Positions 1 through 7,595 of a stretch of DNA of 29,942 bases are shown piece by piece. The notes under the pieces are model-generated. The model saw only the letters and a list, made by a program, of their open reading frames with translations. It did not search any database and had not been told where the DNA came from. The position numbers and the translations under genes were made by a program. The stretch comes from a virus (Duplodnaviria; Caudoviricetes): IMG/VR virus record IMGVR_UViG_3300025868_000009, positions 1 through 29,942 of that record; one strand, given 5' to 3'. Numbering within the stretch: position 1 is the first letter of the stretch; the number at the start of each line of letters is the position of its first letter.

Positions 1-99
1 CCAACAACCATTGCAGCAGATACATCATACATAGTGGCAAGCTATCTCAAAGTTGATAGCGACCTTACAATCAACGGCAATCTAATGGTGATAGGATAG
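1..99 (+). CDS. 3' end of a truncated virion/tail-associated protein (PTTIAADTSYIVASYLKVDSDLTINGNLMVIG*)
   Basis: Frame 1 is open from the window edge to TAG at 97-99. Beta-strand-like sequence; lies immediately upstream of the tail fibre gene. Confidence 0.6.
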   Translation, partial: PTTIAADTSYIVASYLKVDSDLTINGNLMVIG

Positions 100-102
100 G
101 AT

Positions 103-1284
103 ATGGGACAGCATCTACTACCAGAAGGCGCAGCACCTTCTACCCCCTCTACGGGTTATGTATCAATGTATGCTAAAGCAGATGGGTTACTCTACTCAAA
201 GGACGATGCAGGAGTGGAAACACAACTGGGGGGTACCACAGGCTTATTCTCCAAAGTAGATTCGGCTACTCCTACCTTTGACAAGACCGGTGCAGGAACA
301 CTGTCTATTAAAGCTGGTACAAGTATAGATGTGGCTGGAACTACGATTACATTCGCTGTGGCTACAGCTATCACTATGCCTGCCCTTGTTGCAGGAACAG
401 ACTACGCCATCTGGGTGAAGGATGATGCAACGATTCAGGCTACAACGGACTTTGTAAGTGCCCCCAGTGCAGGCAATTGGCGCAAGATCGGCGGCTTCCA
501 CTACGGCCTTGTCGCGGCTGGCACTACTGTGGCCAGTGGCTCGTTCGCTACTACCGGCAATGGCATGATATGGACTCAAGCTGATGTAGATAAGATCGCG
601 GGCATTAACGAATGGAGCATCTGGGACTTGAAGTTCCGCCCAGTAGCAGACCCTAGAGGGATGGTATTCACTGGCAGTATCTGGGTGGACATCTACCTAT
701 GCTCGACCGATACAGCTACTAACGGCACCAGCAAGTACAACACCAACATAGCCAGCTCCACGGTACTGCCGAAGATTCCGGACGCGTTTGGCGGCAACGG
801 CGTGACTACCTACCCATCGCTGAACTGGTGGGTGGCGAACGAGCTTGCAAGAGCTAATAAGAAGCGCCTGATGTGGGAGAGCGAGTTTGTAGAGGCCGCT
901 TATGGCGTGACCGAAAACCAGTCCATCGATGCGACTGCCTCGACCTACCCGACCACTCAGCGCAATGCAGGCTACACCAGCAAGTACGGTATCGAGCAGG
1001 CATCTGGGCATCATTGGATATGGTGTCAAGACTCCAGTGCATATCAGGACGTTGCAGGCGCAGGGTCGTGGAAGATAGTGACCGGTAATACAGGTGCAGC
1101 AGGTTCGCAGCGCGGCGAGACTTACACCTTCGGCACATACGGTCTGGCGCGGGCGCTGCTAGGCGGCTCGCGCGCGGTCGGCGCGAGCTCCGGTTCGCGG
1201 GCTTCCCTTTGGAACTACTACCCGTGGTCCTCGTACTGGAACATTGGGTTGCGGGCCGCCTGTGACCACTTGCAATCTATCTAG
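103..1284 (+). CDS. mtd: Mtd-like receptor-binding tail fibre protein with C-terminal C-type-lectin-fold (DGR-target type) domain
   Basis: Colinear motifs shared with BPP-1 Mtd: KTGAGTLSIKAGT, TAITMPALVAGTDYAI, RKIGGFHY, INEWSIWDLKFRP..DPRGM, GTSKYN, TSKYGIEQASG, and C-terminal LLGGS..SGSRAS.W...GLRAACDHL. The N-terminal ~45 aa differ from Mtd and look like a different adaptor. Confidence 0.93.
   Translation: MGQHLLPEGAAPSTPSTGYVSMYAKADGLLYSKDDAGVETQLGGTTGLFSKVDSATPTFDKTGAGTLSIKAGTSIDVAGTTITFAVATAITMPALVAGTDYAIWVKDDATIQATTDFVSAPSAGNWRKIGGFHYGLVAAGTTVASGSFATTGNGMIWTQADVDKIAGINEWSIWDLKFRPVADPRGMVFTGSIWVDIYLCSTDTATNGTSKYNTNIASSTVLPKIPDAFGGNGVTTYPSLNWWVANELARANKKRLMWESEFVEAAYGVTENQSIDATASTYPTTQRNAGYTSKYGIEQASGHHWIWCQDSSAYQDVAGAGSWKIVTGNTGAAGSQRGETYTFGTYGLARALLGGSRAVGASSGSRASLWNYYPWSSYWNIGLRAACDHLQSI
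1150..1273 (+). other. DGR variable-region (VR)-like segment with GC-only tract (1251-1260) and IMH-like TGTGACCAC
   Basis: Candidate variable codons are mostly NNC/NNT (GTC, AGC, CTT, AAC, TAC, TAC, TCC, TAC, AAC), compatible with AAY-derived positions. GCGGGCCGCC-TGTGACCAC parallels the BPP-1 GC-tract/IMH layout. No TR copy seen in the window. Confidence 0.7.
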
Positions 1285-1292
1285 GAGATAAC

Positions 1293-1622
1293 ATGTACAC
1301 ATATAGCCCTCACACCGGCGAATTGATTAGCACTGATAACCCTGCAAGCTGGATGCAGACTACGCATATCGCACCTCCTGTGTTCGATACTTCTACGGAG
1401 GGATGCTTCTTTCGGGATGGAGCTTGGGTTATTGTGCCTGCTGATAACTCTGCGGAGAAAGAAGCCGCCATTGAAGTTATCAAAGGGCGCATAGTCACTC
1501 TGGAGCAATCGCAGTCCAGAGCGGTGCGTGACGTCTTACTGGGCGGCCCGACCGATAGGCTGGCAGCATTAGAGGCGCAGATTACTGCACTTCGTGCGGA
1601 ACTGGTAAAGGCAATCGCATGA
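1293..1622 (+). CDS. Tail-fibre-associated/assembly chaperone-like protein
   Basis: AGGAG RBS; directly follows the fibre gene. YSPHTGE..T.IAPP....F.DG.W motif plus a C-terminal coiled coil, typical of fibre assembly proteins. Confidence 0.6.
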   Translation: MYTYSPHTGELISTDNPASWMQTTHIAPPVFDTSTEGCFFRDGAWVIVPADNSAEKEAAIEVIKGRIVTLEQSQSRAVRDVLLGGPTDRLAALEAQITALRAELVKAIA

Positions 1623-2134
1623 CCTACCCCATCAAAGCACTAGCCTCTGTCCTAATCACGCTAACAGCCTATCTACTCAACTGGCTGTTTGCGTTGTTCG
1701 TCCAGTCAGATGGCAATCTCCCTCGCTGGCTCAAGTGGTTCCAGCCCTCCGATAACCTTGCTATTGGAGACGCGCTGTGGAAAGCGGAGCATCCAGACTA
1801 CAGCGACTATATGCTCGCCTTAAGCTATATGAACCGCAACCCTGCACAAGGCTTTGACCAGTTCCTACAAGCTAATGTGTCCGAGACTACGCCTGTAAAA
1901 GTGCGAGGTAATCTCTATATCAGAGTCGGCCCGAAGGGGATTGGTGGCTGGTATCTCATCACCTCAAAAGACTACTTCCACCTAACTTATGTCCTGCCTA
2001 TGACGTGGTTCGGTGAATTCTGCATCACAGGGGGCTTCGGCTGGCGACTGGTATCTATCGCAAAAGGCTACAGCCACAACACCCTCGGTCAGCTAGTGTT
2101 CACCCCTTTTAGATTTCACCAATTTTATAACTAA
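1619..2134 (+). CDS. Phage membrane-anchored protein (LPxWLxWFQxxDN family, commonly next to tail fibres)
   Basis: N-terminal hydrophobic helix; LPRWLKWFQPSDN..GD..W motif; ATGA overlap with the previous gene. Confidence 0.65.
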   Translation: MTYPIKALASVLITLTAYLLNWLFALFVQSDGNLPRWLKWFQPSDNLAIGDALWKAEHPDYSDYMLALSYMNRNPAQGFDQFLQANVSETTPVKVRGNLYIRVGPKGIGGWYLITSKDYFHLTYVLPMTWFGEFCITGGFGWRLVSIAKGYSHNTLGQLVFTPFRFHQFYN

Positions 2135-2144
2135 AGGAACCATC

Positions 2145-2402
2145 ATGGAAGACCGCCGCGCCCACGAACGAATAGACTGCCTAGAGGGTGAGTTCTCACA
2201 GTATAGGGAGGAGCATAAGAGACTGGAGGCTTCCCTTATACAGAATACTAAGCTAACCGAATCCATCGAAGCTAACACGAAGGAACTGGTAACTCTGTTC
2301 AGAGGAGCGGTTAGTGTAAGAACTCTATTTATCTGGGCATCTCCTATAGTGGTTGGGGTAGCTGGGCTGTGGGCTTTTATAACGTGGCTATTCAAAGGAT
2401 AG
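2145..2402 (+). CDS. Putative holin/antiholin-like protein (coiled coil plus C-terminal TM helix)
   Basis: AAGGA RBS; hydrophobic C-terminus; position in the lysis block. Confidence 0.55.
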   Translation: MEDRRAHERIDCLEGEFSQYREEHKRLEASLIQNTKLTESIEANTKELVTLFRGAVSVRTLFIWASPIVVGVAGLWAFITWLFKG

Positions 2403-2409
2403 AATTGAT

Positions 2410-2931
2410 ATGTTACCTATACTTCTCGCTCCCCTCCTAACTTCTCTAGCTTCTAAAGGCATGAGCCTCCTCGCCGGTGCTATAGAAGCCAAAGGCAAGG
2501 ATATCATCGAATCCAAGTTAGGAATTAAAATTCCCTCTTCTGTCTCTGAGCTTACTCCTGAGCTTGTCCAAAAGCTTAAGCAAGCTGAAATGGAGCATGA
2601 AGAGTTCCTTTTAGAAATGCAGGTAAAGAAAGCCGAGCTAGATATAGAAGCTGAAAAATCGGCGTCGATTCAAGTAACGGATAGATGGAAAGCTGATATG
2701 ACCTCGGATAGCTGGCTATCTAAGAGCATCCGTCCCCTGACTCTTATCTTTATCCTAGCAATCTATACCATCTTTGCCCTTATGTCAGCCTTTGATGTAG
2801 ATGTAAATGAGTCCTATGTAGAGCTTCTAGGCCAGTGGGGTATGTTAATTATGTCTGCATACTTCGTAGGTAGGACAGTGGAGAAGGGAATTGCTTCTGT
2901 AAAGAAGCCTCAAGGAAAGGTAGGAGATTAG
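2410..2931 (+). CDS. Holin (GTA-type 3TM holin family)
   Basis: RWKADMTSDSWLSKSIRPL motif followed by two TM helices and AYFVGRTVEK; directly upstream of the endolysin. Confidence 0.8.
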   Translation: MLPILLAPLLTSLASKGMSLLAGAIEAKGKDIIESKLGIKIPSSVSELTPELVQKLKQAEMEHEEFLLEMQVKKAELDIEAEKSASIQVTDRWKADMTSDSWLSKSIRPLTLIFILAIYTIFALMSAFDVDVNESYVELLGQWGMLIMSAYFVGRTVEKGIASVKKPQGKVGD

Positions 2932-2933
2932 AT

Positions 2934-3311
2934 ATGAGTTCTCTAATGTCAGCTCAAGCAGCGTTCCTCCTCGATTTTTGTAAGCTAATCTCCCATGCAA
3001 CTGGATTAGGTTTTGTTGTTACAGCAGGAGAATTACTGCGCCCAGTAGAGATGCAAGAAATCTACGTCAAGACAGGCAGAAGCAAGACTATGCACTCTAA
3101 GCATCTTAGGAAGCTAGCAGGAGACCTGAATTTCTTCCTTCCCTCCCCTACCGGTAAGCTAGTTTATATATGCTCTGTTGAAGAACTAGAAACTCTAGGC
3201 AGATACTGGGAAAGCCTTTCTCCCAAGAATCGCTGGGGAGGCAACTTTGACATGGACTGGAGTAGAGAAGATAATTTCAAAGATGCTCCACACTTTGAAA
3301 GAATACTATAA
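2934..3311 (+). CDS. Endolysin, peptidase M15 family (L-Ala-D-Glu peptidase-like)
   Basis: SKH..KLAGD zinc motif, RWGGNF, DAPHFE. Confidence 0.9.
   Translation: MSSLMSAQAAFLLDFCKLISHATGLGFVVTAGELLRPVEMQEIYVKTGRSKTMHSKHLRKLAGDLNFFLPSPTGKLVYICSVEELETLGRYWESLSPKNRWGGNFDMDWSREDNFKDAPHFERIL
3247..3275 (+). promoter_or_regulatory. Possible sigma70-type promoter inside the endolysin 3' end
   Basis: TTGACA-17 nt-GATAAT, placed to drive the tail genes from 3311 onward. Chance matches of similar quality occur elsewhere in this genome. Confidence 0.3.
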
Positions 3312-3697
3312 TGGCTTCCACTAAACAACGCTACCCACTCTCTTCTATCAATGGGTTGCCCATTCCATTAGATGTTATTAGGCCTTCAGGCTTGATAAGA
3401 GTCTCCTACTTAGAAGCCTCTGCTTCTGTAGCAGCTGCCCTTCCTGCTGGAACTGAGCTTCTCTTAGTAAGAAGCACTACAGATTGTTTCATCAAATTCG
3501 CTAATTCTTCTGCTACTAAACCCACCGCTTCTGTAGTTGCAGATACTCTCTACCTTCCAGCAGGAGAAATCCAAGTAATTTCTCCAATGAACCTCTACTA
3601 TTCGGTTATTGGAAATACTTTGGATGGTGAGTTGTTCTTGCAAGTCTTAGAAACTTGGATGTCAGTATCTCTTGATACCGCTAATAGGGGTAGATAA
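3311..3697 (+). CDS. Hypothetical virion protein
   Basis: TAATG stop/start coupling; beta-rich 128 aa protein within the structural operon. Confidence 0.65.
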   Translation: MASTKQRYPLSSINGLPIPLDVIRPSGLIRVSYLEASASVAAALPAGTELLLVRSTTDCFIKFANSSATKPTASVVADTLYLPAGEIQVISPMNLYYSVIGNTLDGELFLQVLETWMSVSLDTANRGR

Positions 3698-3699
3698 TT

Positions 3700-6699
3700 A
3701 TGGCACAGATTCCTAAGATAGTAGATTTAACAAAAAGCTTTATAGTAGTTGACCCTAGTGCATTTCCCCAGAATCTGGGATATACAGAAGGGCAGGACAC
3801 TCCAGAAAAGTCTCTTCCAATTCTAGGCTTCGAGGGATATAACTTCCTACCTACAGCCTATGGATATAGAAGCTACTTTGGTCAGAACTCTACACTAGAC
3901 ATTGCAGCTTTAGCCTCTAACTGCGATGAGATTCTTCTATATCAATTTGCTACCTATGAGAATATTCTAGTAGCTCTTTGCGAGGATGGTATCTGGGTAT
4001 CCAGACCCAATACCTCAGGTAATCTCTGGGTTCACTCTATTACCTTAGCACTTCCTGCTGTTGGAACTGTACTAGATTGGACTTGGGCTGTTATTGAGAA
4101 TAAACTTTACTTATATAGGCAAGGAGGGGCTTCTTATTACAGAATAGACCCAACTGGAATAGCCTTAGATGTAGTTACTGTTAATACGGTTACGCCTAAT
4201 TTCCTGAATATGGTAGGTCAGATGGGCATATTTAGAGCTAATGGACGACTGGGATTCTGGGACTCTGCTAATTCTGTTAGTTGGAGTAGCTTATTCGACC
4301 ATGCTGATTTTATTCCCGCAGCAGAGACTCTTGCTGGAAATAGTATCTTCAATGGAGTGTCAGGTAGAATAGTTACAATCATTCCACAGGGAGATGGTTT
4401 TGTTATTTATGCTACGAAGTCTATTGTAGGCGTTCGGTACTCCTCTCAGGCTAATATTCTATGGGAAGGAAACTGCATCACGGACTTGGCTGGAATTGTA
4501 TATCCTTTCCAAGCTACTAGAGGGCTGACGGAGCTAGAGCACTTCGTCTATACTTCCTCTGGGATTAAGAAGATTGGCAACTACAATGCCCTTAATAGAA
4601 GTCATACTCTTGAGGACGTAATCCCTGACGTATATGATTTACTCAAAGAGAGTAGGAGTCCTGTTAAATTGCAGTTGATTAACGGGAGATTCCTCTGCAT
4701 CTGCTTAATAGACAATAGCTACATAGACGGTAAGACAATCTTCACCTTTAACACCATTGATGTTATATATGTTCCTATTCTAGTAGGAGGTATGATCTGG
4801 GATGGTATTACTCCTATTACTGATTATGTAGATGGAATCAGTGTATCTAGCCATATGGCCTCAGAATTGGCTGCTGGTATATATGAAGGAATGTACCTTA
4901 GATGGACTGCCCAAGGGGAGGGAATGGTTCCTTCTAGGACTACTCCCATGAATCCTTATACTATTGATACTGTTTATGCGCATATTCCTAACCCTCCACC
5001 AGACCTTACCTCTAAATTAAGCCAAGCTCAGGCAAATGCTTTAGTAAGTTCAGGCTCTTTCACAGATGAGACTCCTGAAGTAGCTCCCTTCTATCCACTA
5101 GGATTAGGCTGGACATACCCAGGCTCTGGCAATACTGGAGCTGCGTATAAAGGTTTGGTGGACAATTACCTTACAGAAATAGTTAATGCTCAGATAGTGG
5201 AATGGAATGACTTTATAAATATCCAAGCGGCTACTAAAGCTACTTTGGACGCCGCGGTTCCTGTTACAGAATCTCCCGTACTCGGAACAGTGCCTTATTT
5301 TACTAACGCAGAAGCTACCGCTGCCCGCAATTCATTAGTAGCCTCCCTTGGTGGTTCCAATAATCAAGTAACTACAGTAACTGTAGTAGGAAACTTATTA
5401 TCAGGAGCTGGAGCAGTTACACCTCTTACTATTACTGGGGCTGGAACTAATTATCCAGCAGGTGAGATGTCTAAAGACATGGTAGGAGGCTGGGACATTA
5501 AAAGAACTATACTAGATTCTTACTATATAACTAGAAGAGACAGGCCTGGTTTTTATATAGTAAAGACTGCAAATAGCGGTTTAATTACCGACCCTGTAGA
5601 TATTCTTTATCCTTGGCTGGCAAGATTGCCTTATGAGGTTAATCCCCCTCCTATTCAATACCCAACTAGATGTCTTGTAGAGGGAGCCACTCGAGGCCTT
5701 GCCCGCGAGGCTTGGCTGAATGCAGCTCTGCTTTATGCCCCTAGTACAATGAGTTTTACAACATCCTCTGGATGGAGATATGAGTACAGTTCTCCTACAG
5801 TTCAAATGAGCTTCTATACAGGAGGCACTACCTATTCTGGAATTGTATACCAAACTAATTCGTATCATAACGATGTATTCCAAAATACATATCAGCAATT
5901 GGTGTATAAGGATGTAATTGGGTCTATTACGGGAACTCCTATCCCATCCTACTATATAGATTATACCTCTACCAAGAGTATTACTACAGAGGCTAACCCA
6001 ACTATTTCTCATACATCTATTTTCTCAGCCACCCAAAAGAATTTAACTTGGGCTTATATTTCAGGAGGGAGTCCCCCCGGAGATTACGCATCCAATTACG
6101 GAGCCATTGCCGTAACTGGGTCTGGGCTAGTCTCCGAAGTAATTCCCTATGAATATGGTATAACATATCCTGGGGCTACGCACCTCTTACAGGATGGGCA
6201 GGTAGCTCCTATATATCCAAGCTATGCAGGGGCATTAGTCCTAGATTTAGCCTTGAAGAAGTGGGGGAAGATAAAGGCTACCTATAAAACTCTCCTAGAT
6301 TATAGCCCAGTCAATGCTTTGCAAGATGCTATCTCCTATACTAACTTTGGAATGGATGTGGCAATGCTGAATAATGTAGGGGCTATCATTCTATTCGACG
6401 CGCGCCCCACTGATAGTTGGATTCGTTATGGAAAATTTGGCTATTACAGGCTAGGTTATACTCAGGTACATGAGGTAAAAGTTCAATTTAGAAGTCCCTC
6501 CATTGGAGAGATTACACTAGATTCTTCCTTTGATGGGCGTAGTTTAGAGACCGCAGTTACTCATACAGAATTCTTCTCTAATCAGGGTAGTCATACCATG
6601 CACGCGGCACAAACAGGCAGATGGCATACAGTCAAGATTTCCGGTAACTACGATTTGACTGGGCTTGAAATACGTGGCACTATTGCCAGTAGAAGATAG
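3700..6699 (+). CDS. Tail hub/nozzle (P22 gp10 / tail tubular protein B-like) with a large central insertion
   Basis: N-terminal beta-propeller-like motifs (GRLGFWDSANSVSWSSL.D..DF, VIYATKSI) and a C-terminal beta-sandwich (GRWHTVKISG); lies just before the ejection proteins. Confidence 0.65.
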   Translation: MAQIPKIVDLTKSFIVVDPSAFPQNLGYTEGQDTPEKSLPILGFEGYNFLPTAYGYRSYFGQNSTLDIAALASNCDEILLYQFATYENILVALCEDGIWVSRPNTSGNLWVHSITLALPAVGTVLDWTWAVIENKLYLYRQGGASYYRIDPTGIALDVVTVNTVTPNFLNMVGQMGIFRANGRLGFWDSANSVSWSSLFDHADFIPAAETLAGNSIFNGVSGRIVTIIPQGDGFVIYATKSIVGVRYSSQANILWEGNCITDLAGIVYPFQATRGLTELEHFVYTSSGIKKIGNYNALNRSHTLEDVIPDVYDLLKESRSPVKLQLINGRFLCICLIDNSYIDGKTIFTFNTIDVIYVPILVGGMIWDGITPITDYVDGISVSSHMASELAAGIYEGMYLRWTAQGEGMVPSRTTPMNPYTIDTVYAHIPNPPPDLTSKLSQAQANALVSSGSFTDETPEVAPFYPLGLGWTYPGSGNTGAAYKGLVDNYLTEIVNAQIVEWNDFINIQAATKATLDAAVPVTESPVLGTVPYFTNAEATAARNSLVASLGGSNNQVTTVTVVGNLLSGAGAVTPLTITGAGTNYPAGEMSKDMVGGWDIKRTILDSYYITRRDRPGFYIVKTANSGLITDPVDILYPWLARLPYEVNPPPIQYPTRCLVEGATRGLAREAWLNAALLYAPSTMSFTTSSGWRYEYSSPTVQMSFYTGGTTYSGIVYQTNSYHNDVFQNTYQQLVYKDVIGSITGTPIPSYYIDYTSTKSITTEANPTISHTSIFSATQKNLTWAYISGGSPPGDYASNYGAIAVTGSGLVSEVIPYEYGITYPGATHLLQDGQVAPIYPSYAGALVLDLALKKWGKIKATYKTLLDYSPVNALQDAISYTNFGMDVAMLNNVGAIILFDARPTDSWIRYGKFGYYRLGYTQVHEVKVQFRSPSIGEITLDSSFDGRSLETAVTHTEFFSNQGSHTMHAAQTGRWHTVKISGNYDLTGLEIRGTIASRR

Positions 6700-6720
6700 C
6701 CTAAATAAAGGAGAATTATC

Positions 6721-7575
6721 ATGGTAAAAACTAGATATCCAGATAGCAGTGCAGCTAGCAGTGGGGCTTATGGCACCTCTACTACAACTACCCCAGCCTC
6801 TACCGCAACCCAGACCACTTCTACGGGTAGTAGTCAGAATCTCTCGGAGATTTCCTCCCAGCAGAATATGACTCCAGAAGCTTTAGCGCAGCTTTCTAAT
6901 CTTATTAAGACATTAGAAGCCGGGGGTACTCCAGAACAGCGCGCTTCTGAGATTCGTCGTAGGCAGACTCAATCTCTTATCGAGCAGCTACTAGGAACTG
7001 TTTCTACTGAGAGAGCTACGCAGGATGCCAAAGGGATTATGGCATTGAACTTACAGCAAGCTATGGAAAAGAATATGCCCGCTATTCAGAGAGCGATAGA
7101 AGGAGCTGGAACCTCGGCCTCCTCTATGCAGGGAGTATTATCTCAACAGGCCGCGCGGGACGCTGCGCTAGCTTCTGGAGCCTTAGGAGGACAGATGGCT
7201 GCCCAGTATGCAAGGGAGCGTAGTTCTTTAGCTGGTATCCTAGAAGCTGCTACTCGCCCAACTAATGATGTTACAGATGCGCTTATACAGTCTTTAGGTG
7301 TCGCAAAGGGAGCTGTTACTAATTCCCAGAGAAATAGGACAGCTGCCTCCTCTGGCGTTAGTAATACTGTAATTAACACACCAGAGTCTACTGTCACCGA
7401 GACCCGCACTCCATCAGAATCTTCCCCTTTCAGTGACCTAGCTACTACCCCAGAGTCCAGTAATACTAGTTCCGCTCTAGCTAATCTAGGGAAGTATTGG
7501 TCAGATAATTCCAATCAGTATTGGAAGGATAGTGGAGTATCTCTGGCTGCCTTCCTCTCCAACCCGCAATATTAA
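6721..7575 (+). CDS. Putative internal virion/DNA ejection protein
   Basis: AAGGAG RBS; rich in S/T/A/Q, helical, no Cys; podovirus gene order after the nozzle. Confidence 0.6.
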   Translation: MVKTRYPDSSAASSGAYGTSTTTTPASTATQTTSTGSSQNLSEISSQQNMTPEALAQLSNLIKTLEAGGTPEQRASEIRRRQTQSLIEQLLGTVSTERATQDAKGIMALNLQQAMEKNMPAIQRAIEGAGTSASSMQGVLSQQAARDAALASGALGGQMAAQYARERSSLAGILEAATRPTNDVTDALIQSLGVAKGAVTNSQRNRTAASSGVSNTVINTPESTVTETRTPSESSPFSDLATTPESSNTSSALANLGKYWSDNSNQYWKDSGVSLAAFLSNPQY

Positions 7576-7595
7576 AGTATCAATAGGAGAGTACC

